Source: a virus (lineage: Duplodnaviria; Heunggongvirae; Uroviricota; Caudoviricetes). Taken from it: a DNA stretch of 64,000 nucleotides. Numbering within the stretch: position 1 is the stretch's first letter; each line of letters starts with the position of its first letter. Under the pieces are notes generated by a model. That model was not told the origin of the DNA. It saw only the letters and a program-made list of their open reading frames with translations, and ran no database searches. Location: the IMG/VR virus record IMGVR_UViG_3300046006_001304, one strand, 5' to 3'. This document shows positions 19,977 to 29,703 of this stretch, piece after piece. The position numbers and the translations under genes were made by a program.

Positions 19977-22404
19977 TAATCATCCAATCCATTTCTTCTG
20001 TTGCGTAAACTTTTATTTTTTGTTCGGCATTTTGATCATGGAGACCTTGTACTGCTACACTGTTTAGAGATGGGAACAACTGTTTAAACTCGTTATAACA
20101 TTTTTCTGCTAGATCTTTATATCCAGGCTCCAACATAATCCGTACACCAATCCACATTGACGATGCCGGACCGCCGTCTGTTCTAGCTTTTAGAACAGCA
20201 TCTACTGCTCCTCTAACCGCTTTGGTAAATTTTTCTAATCCAAATTTTTCAACGTATCTTAAATGAATGCTAAATGTTATACTACTGTACTGTGCTAACT
20301 CTGCGTAATATTGTTCTGTTGCGCTACCGTTAGTTGTTGTAGAAATAGTATGACCTTTTTCTCGTAACATTTTAACAAACGGCAAATAATCTTTATAGAT
20401 CGCAGGTTCGCCTCCAGTAAAACTAAATTTGGCCTTAACATCTTCAATCCAATACTTATTTAAATTTTCATAAGCATGAGTAAGCTCTATTAAATTTTTT
20501 TGCTGTTCATAATTGTTGTGACTGTTTTTACTACAGTACCAACAATCAAAATTACAACGTCTTCCTAGATCCCATGAAATAAACTTATGTCTATGAAAGT
20601 CCTTAGAAAAAATTATTTCAGGTTGGATACTACTTTCTGGGACCGGGTTGAGTAATTTAACACGGGCTCTAGTTTTAAGAGTAGGAAAAAAAGTTGCTAT
20701 GTGCTCAACTTTTTTTACCTTTGGAGTATTCATATCTGCAGCACAAGAACATAATGTTTTTGTACAAGTGACCCAATTGCCAGCTTTTAAATAAATTCCT
20801 TGGTCTAATCCTGTTGCTACGTGTACATTACCAACAAACCCGCCAACTCGGCAAGTGCCGCGCCACACATTGCCATCAAAGTCTATATATATCGAATTAA
20901 GGCCGGTACTACAATGCCAACCCTTCCAATTATTTCTTGATGTAGTATGAAGTGTTTCACCATCTACATAGGCAAAGTTCATAGACGCATCAGCTAATAC
21001 TAAATTTTTATGATCAGTTTTACTATCTTGATTATCGATTTTCCATTTGCCTACTTCGTCTGTTCCAAACAACACTCCTATTTGAAATCTATCTATAACT
21101 GTCTTTTTAAACGTGTTGTATATTTCAGTAACTTCTTCAATAGTATGATCAACAAACAAAAAATCTGTAGAAAAAATGTTGCTGTAATAAAAGAATACTT
21201 CTTCGTGTTGTGATCGAACTAGTAATTTTTTAACACTTTCAGGGTCATATAAATTACACTGAGCAAATTTTATGTCGCACTCTTTAAATCGTTGCCACAA
21301 CTCTTTAAAATGTTCTTCACCGCCAAATTGTCGATGTAACAATGCTTCATTGCTTTCAAAATTGCCGTGAACAAATCTAAATTTAGATTTAAAACTATCA
21401 TCTTGATTATTTAAAAACGTAACAATGTCGTGACCGTCCCAGTTTTCTACCAAATGCTGTAGCCAGTCTAAACTTAATTGATTGTAATCGTAAAAAATAA
21501 ATTTACATCGTTTATTATACAGCAGTAAGTCTAAATACTTAAAACCTGCAGCTGGACCAAAGTATGACTTGATACCTTTTAAAGAAACTTCAAATCTGTA
21601 ATTCTCACTATTAAACACCCATATTGGAATATCTTTAGTTAGCGACTTAATCCATTTCTTTTGATTAGGATTAGTTAATCGTGTAAAGTCTTTATCTGTT
21701 GTTGATTTAAATAAGTTATCGCTGTCGGTTTCTGGGTACACAAACAATCGACAGTCTCTCATCTCCTGAGTAAAATTATCAATTTTAAGTCCGTGACTTA
21801 ACCCAGCCTTAATAAATCCCCACCCCTGAGCAGTTCGGGTACTAGTAACTGTACCCGGTTCTCCCTTGATCCAGTAAGGTGTATATTTGTCATGGAAGTT
21901 TTCTTCGGAACGACTATACACAGGCAACTCTTCAGTAACGGTTTCCCACTTACCAAATTCTGGTGATCCAACCTTTTTCCAAGTTGCTACATTAACAAAC
22001 ATCATTTGATGATGGCATTCTATCCATCCTACTCCTCTTTCTGGAAACCAGTCAAGGGTAAACGCAACTAGATAAAAATCAGGGTTATCATTATAATAAG
22101 TTGCTAGATGCTCTAGCAAGACGTTAAATCTAATAATATTCCCAATTGATTGTATTAACACTACGTCATAATTATTTTTATCTGCGTACAACATTGCATC
22201 GTCTACGGTATCAAACGATTTTAAATCGTTAGGATAATGGGTTGTACATCTGCTAGTCTTTGTATACGTATAGTCGTGCATCCGTTGAAACAACCCTGGA
22301 TGTTTAAGTTTTACGTTAGCTTGATCGACAATAGCAAACAGTGGCCGTTTATTTCCGAAAAAATTCAATCTCTTGTAAATTTTAGTATGCTGTGGTTTTG
22401 TCAT
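19963..22404 (-). CDS. Large multidomain protein (813 aa): N-terminal unknown domain, mid SPASM-like Cys cluster, C-terminal radical SAM core
   Basis: WHCSTGLN...FDGNVWRGTCRVGG...CTKTLCSC followed ~50 aa later by RRCNFDCWYC and FTGGEP. Confidence 0.7.
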   Translation of the reverse strand: MTKPQHTKIYKRLNFFGNKRPLFAIVDQANVKLKHPGLFQRMHDYTYTKTSRCTTHYPNDLKSFDTVDDAMLYADKNNYDVVLIQSIGNIIRFNVLLEHLATYYNDNPDFYLVAFTLDWFPERGVGWIECHHQMMFVNVATWKKVGSPEFGKWETVTEELPVYSRSEENFHDKYTPYWIKGEPGTVTSTRTAQGWGFIKAGLSHGLKIDNFTQEMRDCRLFVYPETDSDNLFKSTTDKDFTRLTNPNQKKWIKSLTKDIPIWVFNSENYRFEVSLKGIKSYFGPAAGFKYLDLLLYNKRCKFIFYDYNQLSLDWLQHLVENWDGHDIVTFLNNQDDSFKSKFRFVHGNFESNEALLHRQFGGEEHFKELWQRFKECDIKFAQCNLYDPESVKKLLVRSQHEEVFFYYSNIFSTDFLFVDHTIEEVTEIYNTFKKTVIDRFQIGVLFGTDEVGKWKIDNQDSKTDHKNLVLADASMNFAYVDGETLHTTSRNNWKGWHCSTGLNSIYIDFDGNVWRGTCRVGGFVGNVHVATGLDQGIYLKAGNWVTCTKTLCSCAADMNTPKVKKVEHIATFFPTLKTRARVKLLNPVPESSIQPEIIFSKDFHRHKFISWDLGRRCNFDCWYCSKNSHNNYEQQKNLIELTHAYENLNKYWIEDVKAKFSFTGGEPAIYKDYLPFVKMLREKGHTISTTTNGSATEQYYAELAQYSSITFSIHLRYVEKFGLEKFTKAVRGAVDAVLKARTDGGPASSMWIGVRIMLEPGYKDLAEKCYNEFKQLFPSLNSVAVQGLHDQNAEQKIKVYATEEMDWMINANR

Positions 22405-23069
22405 AAGTTAAAAAACTCTTGTGTGTAATGTCCATGGACAATAATATGATATCTAACTTCATTGCTATTGTTGATAACAATGTGATCGCGCCCAACATCT
22501 AATATCATGCCAGTCCCAGCTTCAAACGGAACTATTCCTTTATCTTTGAATACAAATTGACAGCCTGTAGGATTGTTAATAGCAATGTTAAGAGGACTAA
22601 ATGCTCTTTGATTTTTATTATCAGTATGTGGCATTATATATCCACCTGGCGCAAGACGCATTATTCTAACACGATCAAATAGTTTATAAGGTAAATTGCT
22701 TAAAAATTTATGTAAGTTAGGGACTAACTCGCATACATCGGTCCAACAATAATTTGCTTCTTCTAAACTAGTAAATCCATATTTTGTATAATGTTCAGTC
22801 TTATGTTTATCAATGCCGTGTAATGTAAGACTTTGCCAGCCAAAATGGCCGTACCCAGACTTTTTATCTTGGCTTCTATGATCAAAGTATAAATGATCTA
22901 CACTTTGACATTCTTTTAAAAAAAGAGCGGTATCAAAATTAAACTTTACAGGATAATACGCACACTCGACATCCTTTTGTGATTCAACAACAGATGAATG
23001 AACTGAACTATTAAGCTCTTTGTTTGTGTTGTAAAATTCTAAAAGTTCATTTGGAAATTCAAAACTCAT
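22401..23069 (-). CDS. AspH-like (aspartyl/asparaginyl beta-hydroxylase family) cupin Fe(II)/2OG oxygenase
   Basis: PGGYIMPHTDN...RAFSPLNIAIN...CQFVF...VPFEAGTGMILDVGRDHIVINNSNEVRYHIIV matches the HxD...H cupin order of the AspH family. Confidence 0.55.
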   Translation of the reverse strand: MSFEFPNELLEFYNTNKELNSSVHSSVVESQKDVECAYYPVKFNFDTALFLKECQSVDHLYFDHRSQDKKSGYGHFGWQSLTLHGIDKHKTEHYTKYGFTSLEEANYCWTDVCELVPNLHKFLSNLPYKLFDRVRIMRLAPGGYIMPHTDNKNQRAFSPLNIAINNPTGCQFVFKDKGIVPFEAGTGMILDVGRDHIVINNSNEVRYHIIVHGHYTQEFFNL

Positions 23070-24105
23070 TATCTACTATCCTAATATCTGAAATATGATT
23101 AAACTTACTCCACACATTTAGATTCCAGTCTTTAGTATCTGTAATAGCTGTAGCAAATGTATAAACTGTGCTGTCAAAAGAATAGCTGTTTAAAGCACCA
23201 ACAGGGATAAACCCAAGAGCAAGGTCTTCCAGCCTCATTCGCGGATCCATAATTTCTGAAAAATTATTATCCATCCACCATTTATATAAAGATACCCTAG
23301 CATGGTGCGGACTATCTTCTCTAAAACTCATATATGTTTCTGCGGCAAATCTTTTTTGTGGTCGGATTGCTTTTCTATGAACAGCCTCTAAGTCGTTATC
23401 GTTACACGCACTCGCCCAATGCTTGCCTAAAGTGTTGTAACCTAAGTATACCCACCCCCATTTATGTTCAGGGTCAAATAACAAATAATCCTCAGGCTTT
23501 AGTAATTCGTGTAGATAGTCTTCCGGCATAACATCTTTAGGATCTTTATTGGGCAAAAAATCCGCCAGGCATGTGCATATTGATTTTTCTCGCCTATTCC
23601 AAGTTCTAAATATTGCTTCAAAGTTATGTATTTGCTCATTCAGTCTTAGGAACGCTTCGTGGACACTTTTGTCGTGTACATCCCCGGGCCACACGGTATT
23701 GTAATCAGGACTTAATTTAGGATTATCAAAATAACCGTCAGCAATAAACTTTTCTAATCGATTGCCATAAATTTCATATTCTTCGTGTAGGTCGTTTAAT
23801 ACACCAGCATCGTTGCGTAATTGATCAACAGATTCAACCTCAGTTAACCGTCGGTCATAGTTATTGTTTATAAATTCAATATTAGATTTGAACGCTACTA
23901 GTTGCTCTTCAATTTCAATATCTGATAGAATCTTTCTATAATTATATCGTAAGGTATTACCTAGCTCGTTATTTTTGTTTATTAAATTAATCCATCTATC
24001 AGCGATGTCAGTATCAAGTATTGAATATCTTAATTTTACAAATTTTCTTGATTTAGTGCCTTGACAAGTAATTTCTAAATACTTGTCTTTCTTCCATATA
24101 TTCAT
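23059..24105 (-). CDS. Hypothetical protein (348 aa) in radical-SAM operon
   Basis: ORF translationally coupled to both neighbours (4-11 nt overlaps). Confidence 0.5.
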   Translation of the reverse strand: MNIWKKDKYLEITCQGTKSRKFVKLRYSILDTDIADRWINLINKNNELGNTLRYNYRKILSDIEIEEQLVAFKSNIEFINNNYDRRLTEVESVDQLRNDAGVLNDLHEEYEIYGNRLEKFIADGYFDNPKLSPDYNTVWPGDVHDKSVHEAFLRLNEQIHNFEAIFRTWNRREKSICTCLADFLPNKDPKDVMPEDYLHELLKPEDYLLFDPEHKWGWVYLGYNTLGKHWASACNDNDLEAVHRKAIRPQKRFAAETYMSFREDSPHHARVSLYKWWMDNNFSEIMDPRMRLEDLALGFIPVGALNSYSFDSTVYTFATAITDTKDWNLNVWSKFNHISDIRIVDNEF

Positions 24106-25406
24106 AACGATGCGCCCTCAACGCTAAGTTGGACATCTTCCATTTCTGGAATTGTCTTAAATGTATCTTCGCCTCGAAGTTTATCAAGTTGCGCAGTAGT
24201 TGATAAAAATCGTTTTGCTGATTTAAGATCAAAGGGTTTTGTTAATTCGTGTAGAATATGAGTAAACTGTTTGCTTATATCAGTGTTGTACTTAGTATTA
24301 TGAGTTTCTATAAACACATTTAATTTTTCAATAGTATCTTTTCTATATTGATCTGATAAAATTGAAACATGATAATGCGGTGGATGTTCAATTAGATTAA
24401 TAAAAAAATTATTATAATTTATAAGTTTAGATTTAGGATGACTTTTAATAACGCCAATTTCAGTTAGATGCGTAATAATTTCAGGGAGTCTTGCTACATT
24501 CCATGCGCCTGTAGTAATACCAGGTCGAAGGATTATGTTGTCGTGTTTAGCTAGCTCTTTTAGATTCTCTTCTACTTTATGCCATACTGTGCCGGACCGA
24601 ATTAATTCAGCACGATCACCAATTTCGTCAATGCTAGGCCATACTTCAAGTTTACCAAACTTCCACTGTTTCCAATAGTCAATGACATTTTTCTTGCCGT
24701 GTGTTAACGTCAAGCAATTAGTGTTATATGAAAGTTTTACATCAAATCTTTCATTGTCAACTAACATATCTAAGATTTGCCAATGTTCGGGCATAATTAA
24801 CGGTTCGCCGCCCGCAAAGTAAATTCTTTTTACGTTTTTGATTTGATCCTTTAAAAAATCGTAGTTTGTTTGTTCGTCAACATTTTCAATACTCCAAACT
24901 TTTTCTTGATCAGTATACCCTAATTTTTTAGCATCAGGTACCCATGCTGAACTGTAACGTGGTCCGCAACTGCGACATTTCATGTTACATAGATTACTAA
25001 AACGGAAATCCCAATAGTTTAATTCCATTTCAGTACAAGTGCCGTCTTCTAATGTTATACTTGGAATCTTTTCCAATACTTCCGGAAAGTCTCTATTTTG
25101 ATAAGTCCGACCACTTTCACCTGTAACTTTCTCTCTGTTAAAACACTTATCGCAGACTGTTGGTTCAACGCCGTTAATCATATCTTTCCTCAGTGATTTC
25201 ATATTATCACTGTTCCAGATCTCTTCAATAGTATCTTTATTGAGGTCGCCGGCAAAATAACTATGTGCCGAAGTTAAACAGCACGGCACAACTTTACCGC
25301 TTGGTTCGAACGCAAGATGCATCCACGGTACCGCACATAATGTCTTAGTTTGGACTTCTTTTACAATAGGTATAATTTTATTCATACTGTACTTATTTCC
25401 ACGCAT
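24102..25406 (-). CDS. Radical SAM enzyme with N-terminal SPASM-like Cys-rich domain
   Basis: LCAVPWMHLAFEPSGKVVPCC...EIW...CDKC then FSNLCNMKCRSC and FAGGEPL. Confidence 0.75.
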   Translation of the reverse strand: MRGNKYSMNKIIPIVKEVQTKTLCAVPWMHLAFEPSGKVVPCCLTSAHSYFAGDLNKDTIEEIWNSDNMKSLRKDMINGVEPTVCDKCFNREKVTGESGRTYQNRDFPEVLEKIPSITLEDGTCTEMELNYWDFRFSNLCNMKCRSCGPRYSSAWVPDAKKLGYTDQEKVWSIENVDEQTNYDFLKDQIKNVKRIYFAGGEPLIMPEHWQILDMLVDNERFDVKLSYNTNCLTLTHGKKNVIDYWKQWKFGKLEVWPSIDEIGDRAELIRSGTVWHKVEENLKELAKHDNIILRPGITTGAWNVARLPEIITHLTEIGVIKSHPKSKLINYNNFFINLIEHPPHYHVSILSDQYRKDTIEKLNVFIETHNTKYNTDISKQFTHILHELTKPFDLKSAKRFLSTTAQLDKLRGEDTFKTIPEMEDVQLSVEGASL

Positions 25407-25430
25407 GAGAAATTATTCTAGATGTGAATA

Positions 25431-26288
25431 CTAAGTCCAGAGGCTGTCACGAGCCTTAATAAGACGAATCATCATAGCTTCATCTTCTGCTTCATAACCC
25501 TCTTCGATCTTTTGAAGCAACTTATGAGCCTTATCGCTGGCCTTTTTAAGCACAGGATCTTTTGGTGTGCTAAAACTCAACTTACCGCCGTTAGCTTCAC
25601 GTTGTGCTTCACAGGCGGCAGTCCAACCACTTGCGTCATATGGATCAGGACGAGCACGATAGGTCACAGTCCACCACACATAAAGCTCTTTGAGTTCTTT
25701 AGCACGGAGAGCCTGTCCAGTGGGCTTGCCGTAGTCTGGATGTTCTGGGCCACACCAGTCAGTGTTAGTCAGTGTCATTGCCCAGTCAAGATGATCGATA
25801 CCTGCTTGAGGGCAACGCCAAGTACGCCAACGGAACCAACCAGTAGCGTAAAAGGGAGGATCATACTTAGCACGAGCTTCCTTATCTCCCCAGGCGATGT
25901 GCGACCAAGCGGATTCAACTTCGACGAAATCAACCAACTCATTAAATAGGCATGGCAGGAACCGATTGCCAACATCACACCAGTTGCCAGGCTTAATATC
26001 ACGAGCATGGGCGGTAAGAGAGTGAGTACGAGTAACCCAACGGTTATTGATGTAATACTTAACATCGTAGATCTTTCTAACAGGCCAAGTAACAAAATCC
26101 TGGATATAGCCTAAGGCCTCTTCAGCTAGCCAGTAACGAAAATTGTGCTTCATCTGAGCCGCAGTGGTCCAGTCATCCCATTCTTCACTGGTACCCGCAC
26201 TCAATTTCTTAGTGCCGCGAAGCCAATCTGCGAACGGTGTGCATGACCAGTAGTTTGTGTGATGTGCCATCTTATTTTCTATCGCCAA
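25431..26288 (-). CDS. Hypothetical Trp-rich protein (285 aa)
   Basis: Long ORF; first gene of the minus-strand operon. Confidence 0.45.
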   Translation of the reverse strand: MAIENKMAHHTNYWSCTPFADWLRGTKKLSAGTSEEWDDWTTAAQMKHNFRYWLAEEALGYIQDFVTWPVRKIYDVKYYINNRWVTRTHSLTAHARDIKPGNWCDVGNRFLPCLFNELVDFVEVESAWSHIAWGDKEARAKYDPPFYATGWFRWRTWRCPQAGIDHLDWAMTLTNTDWCGPEHPDYGKPTGQALRAKELKELYVWWTVTYRARPDPYDASGWTAACEAQREANGGKLSFSTPKDPVLKKASDKAHKLLQKIEEGYEAEDEAMMIRLIKARDSLWT

Positions 26289-26967
26289 ATAGTTGTAACA
26301 AGTTTAAGAACAAGTTTATAAAGTCCATATACAGTGTCAGTGCTCCGCTAACTTCAGCGGCTGGGCTGGTGTCTACGCTAAGTTCTTCACGAATACGTTG
26401 TGTGTCGTATGCTGTCAATCCCAGGAATATAATAATAGCCAAGGTTGAGATCACCATCTGCATTACTGTTGAGCCAATAAAGATATTGACAATACTAGCA
26501 ATGACAATAGCAATTAGTCCAACAAACAACAAACTACCAAGTCCGCTTAGATCTTTCTTGGTAAAATAACCGTATCCACTCATAACACCAAATAGAATTG
26601 CCGCACCCATGAACGCTGACACAATACTGCCCATATTGAACACAGCAAAGATTGTAGCAAAGCTCAATCCCATCAATGCCGCGAATCCGTGTAGACATAA
26701 CTGTGCTACTCCCTTACTAGGATTATTACCTAGCACATAGCCAACACCAAAGATTGCCGCCAGCGGAGCAAAGATTACAATCCATTTTAGTACACCTGTA
26801 AAAAAGAATTGTAACAATTCTGGGCTTGTGCCCACAAAATAACTTACAAACATTGATACAATAACAGCAAGACTCATGTGTCCGTAGACACGACCCATTG
26901 CCGAATTAATTTCACTAGCACTACGGTAACTTAGAGTGTCGCCGCCTGTATAATTTGTTCCAAACAT
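26272..26967 (-). CDS. Bax-inhibitor-1/YccA (TMBIM) family integral membrane protein
   Basis: 231 aa with ~7 hydrophobic helices. Family-typical C-terminal ...TAYDTQRI... motif. Confidence 0.7.
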   Translation of the reverse strand: MFGTNYTGGDTLSYRSASEINSAMGRVYGHMSLAVIVSMFVSYFVGTSPELLQFFFTGVLKWIVIFAPLAAIFGVGYVLGNNPSKGVAQLCLHGFAALMGLSFATIFAVFNMGSIVSAFMGAAILFGVMSGYGYFTKKDLSGLGSLLFVGLIAIVIASIVNIFIGSTVMQMVISTLAIIIFLGLTAYDTQRIREELSVDTSPAAEVSGALTLYMDFINLFLNLLQLFGDRK

Positions 26968-26968
26968 A

Positions 26969-27340
26969 TTATTCTCCTTTAATAAATTGAGCCAATTCCG
27001 GAGCCTTCCAGCCCACTGGCTTTAGTACCTTGCCATCTTCACGCTTGCGGACCCTGCCAGTATCGTGATCAATTTTAGCAAAATTAGTTGTCATTACTTC
27101 TTTCCAAGCACCTTCGGCATCTGCTCCCATACTATGAATAGCACCAATAGTAACAACTAAAATATCGATTAACGCATCTAGTTGTTCTACTTGATCTTCT
27201 GCCAGGGTTGCCTCTAGAAGTTCTTGGTGCTCTTCGGTAATAAGATTAGTATACAAGGCAAATTGTCCTTCATCAAACTTGCCAACACTTTGGTCGCAAG
27301 CCTTCATAAATTTTTCTTGATCTCTAAACGGGTTTGTCAT
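26969..27340 (-). CDS. mazG: MazG-like nucleoside triphosphate pyrophosphohydrolase
   Basis: 123 aa. EExxE...E..D acidic helix pattern (TEEHQELLEA...EQLDALIDIL...EVMTTNFAK) typical of phage MazG. Confidence 0.65.
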   Translation of the reverse strand: MTNPFRDQEKFMKACDQSVGKFDEGQFALYTNLITEEHQELLEATLAEDQVEQLDALIDILVVTIGAIHSMGADAEGAWKEVMTTNFAKIDHDTGRVRKREDGKVLKPVGWKAPELAQFIKGE

Positions 27341-27540
27341 TATGCCATCCTATCTACATTTTGTCCCGGACGATTCATCCGGCGATTCATTTCAACTCTT
27401 GCTTCTTCATTAGCTTTGATATTTAACTTCACACGCTGTTCTTCTAGTCTAAGTTCTTCGTGACGCTTGTCTAATTTTTTAATTTCTGTCTGTCGATAAA
27501 TTTCTGCATTTTGAGCAGTTACTCTACTAACTTCGGTCAT
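27340..27540 (-). CDS. Small charged coiled-coil protein (66 aa)
   Basis: ORF fills the gap between MazG and ligase exactly, with overlapping start/stop codons. Confidence 0.35.
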   Translation of the reverse strand: MTEVSRVTAQNAEIYRQTEIKKLDKRHEELRLEEQRVKLNIKANEEARVEMNRRMNRPGQNVDRMA

Positions 27541-28865
27541 ATCTTTTCTCCTACTTCAAAACCGCGGAACCGTAGGAACCTTGGAAATCGCAAACTGTAT
27601 GTTCCGTCTTGGTTTTGGGTGACGGCGTCTGCTCGCACTTCCACGATCTGACCAAGTAGGGAATCACGTGAAGCCCAGTAGCTATCACGATCACTATCAC
27701 TAAAACCACTGCCAACATTGACTCGAATAGCTTTGCCATCGTCGACTCCTTGGCAGACAATCGCTCCAAGCCGTCCAACGTTTCTTCCTGTTCCTTCTTC
27801 AACATCTACTACCTCCAGTGATACTTCAATAAATGGTTTAAGTTTCAACCATGCTACACTACGTTTACATTCGTATCCAGCTTCGGGATCCTTGATCATA
27901 ATACCTTCATAACCACCAGCTACTGCCTTGGCATTAATTTCTTTGTAACGTGTTTGTCCTTCATCGGTATCCAAATCAACTAGTTCGTTAGTTAGTGCTG
28001 TTACGTTTGGCAACTGGTCTTTGTTCTGGTCAACCCAAAAACTAACCATTGTACTACGCACCTGCTGAGTTTTATCATACGTACCTTTTTCAAAGTCTTC
28101 TAATGGTAATACATCAAATAGATTAAGAATAGCATCGTTGGCCTTAACATCGCTCTTGCGGTGTACTTGCGTCATTAAGTCTTGGAAACTACTGCTCATG
28201 ATCTCGCCGTCTAACACTAAATCCATATCTTTGCTTGTAGATTTTGCTTTAACCACTGCACTAATCTGTTCTACAATGTGCGGAAAATTAACAAGTTCTT
28301 TACCATTGCGACTGAACATATCCACCCGACCATCACTACGTACAATAGTAATGACTCTAACTCCGTCGAGTTTAACTTCGATGAGTTTTTTGCCTGATAC
28401 CTTCGACTCATGATTAGCACTATCATGAGCAAGCTGACAACTGAATACAGGAATAGCGTAACTAGCATATTTCTTTTCTACTACTTTGTTAATTGTTTTT
28501 TCACTAGTACCGCAACGCAAATCCTTGATAAGGATACGTCGATACCAACCATTCCACTCTGCTTTAGTAGCAGACTTCATCATAGCTTGAATTACATCAC
28601 GTGCTGTATTACCGGTAACTTGACGTGTAACAAAGCCAGTAAGAGCGAGAGTAAAACTATCCCAAGGTAGCCCAGCGCCATCTTCATCTTTTTTCTCCGG
28701 AACTTGTTTAATACCAAAAGTAATCATTGGGTCCAAAGCTAGGCGACAACCTTCAAAGAATTCGTTATTACCAGCTTCAGCCTGCGCCAACACAATAGCT
28801 TCTTTATTCAAACGACTAGGATGATCTTCGAGTGAAGAAATGACGGTGTAGCAAGGATCGCTCAT
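27537..28865 (-). CDS. ATP-dependent DNA ligase
   Basis: 442 aa. Motif I EVKLDGVR (KxDGxR adenylation lysine) with downstream nucleotidyltransferase/OB organisation. Confidence 0.85.
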   Translation of the reverse strand: MSDPCYTVISSLEDHPSRLNKEAIVLAQAEAGNNEFFEGCRLALDPMITFGIKQVPEKKDEDGAGLPWDSFTLALTGFVTRQVTGNTARDVIQAMMKSATKAEWNGWYRRILIKDLRCGTSEKTINKVVEKKYASYAIPVFSCQLAHDSANHESKVSGKKLIEVKLDGVRVITIVRSDGRVDMFSRNGKELVNFPHIVEQISAVVKAKSTSKDMDLVLDGEIMSSSFQDLMTQVHRKSDVKANDAILNLFDVLPLEDFEKGTYDKTQQVRSTMVSFWVDQNKDQLPNVTALTNELVDLDTDEGQTRYKEINAKAVAGGYEGIMIKDPEAGYECKRSVAWLKLKPFIEVSLEVVDVEEGTGRNVGRLGAIVCQGVDDGKAIRVNVGSGFSDSDRDSYWASRDSLLGQIVEVRADAVTQNQDGTYSLRFPRFLRFRGFEVGEKI

Positions 28866-28916
28866 TATATTAGACCTTTAGTTAACTGTTTAAGTAACTA
28901 TTATACTGTCTAATTA

Positions 28917-29645
28917 TCAATAAGTCAAGTGATTTGTTGTCTTAAATGGCTTGCCGTAGTAAGCATTTTCTAGCTGAGTCATTATTTTACGCTTCATTTG
29001 GACTACTTTTGGATGGGTATGATCATACTCAAAAGACTTCATAAAACGTCCCCAACCGTTTGGGCGGACTCTTTTTGGTACAGGACTATCCAAATATTCT
29101 CTGATAGCCTTTGGATCAAAATCAAACTTGTCAATCATATCCTGGGCAATATTAAATGAGTGTGCGCCCATTTCGTCTCGGTGACCGTAGTATTCTTGCC
29201 AAGCACGATCTTTAGCATAGTAGGCAGTACTTTCGTATCCAGGAATATCTTTGAAATTTCTAGCCCGATATTGACGAGTATGGATTATTTCATGAAGTAC
29301 TGTATCAGCAAATAAATGACACATACGTTCCCAACGATACAAACTAGTTTTCATGCTGTCAGCAGTAGTTGGAAATGCTAGTTCAACTTCGATAAATCGT
29401 TTCTTGCCTTGCTTATCATCGTCACTATAATATGCCCCACCGATCCAAACTTCGCCAGGTTTGACGGGCTTGTGTCTGTGACTTCGAACTTTGATTGGAA
29501 GGTGTGATTTAACATGCTTACTTATAATGCTGGTAATTTCACCTATAGGTAAGCGTCTATCTACAATCTCAGATTTGAGTTCGTAAATCATCGAGTACAA
29601 TATATTTCGATCCAACGCGGACCAATTAAAGGCTTGACGGGCCAT
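28917..29645 (-). CDS. HExxH-motif protein (putative SprT-like metallopeptidase fold), paralogue of 37966..38634
   Basis: ...VLHEIIHTRQY... shares a block with ...TVHEYKHQRQ... in the second copy. Confidence 0.45.
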   Translation of the reverse strand: MARQAFNWSALDRNILYSMIYELKSEIVDRRLPIGEITSIISKHVKSHLPIKVRSHRHKPVKPGEVWIGGAYYSDDDKQGKKRFIEVELAFPTTADSMKTSLYRWERMCHLFADTVLHEIIHTRQYRARNFKDIPGYESTAYYAKDRAWQEYYGHRDEMGAHSFNIAQDMIDKFDFDPKAIREYLDSPVPKRVRPNGWGRFMKSFEYDHTHPKVVQMKRKIMTQLENAYYGKPFKTTNHLTY

Positions 29646-29703
29646 AGCACACTCCTAGTAAGTATATTTATATTATACTAGGGTGTACCATTATGTACGC
29701 ACT

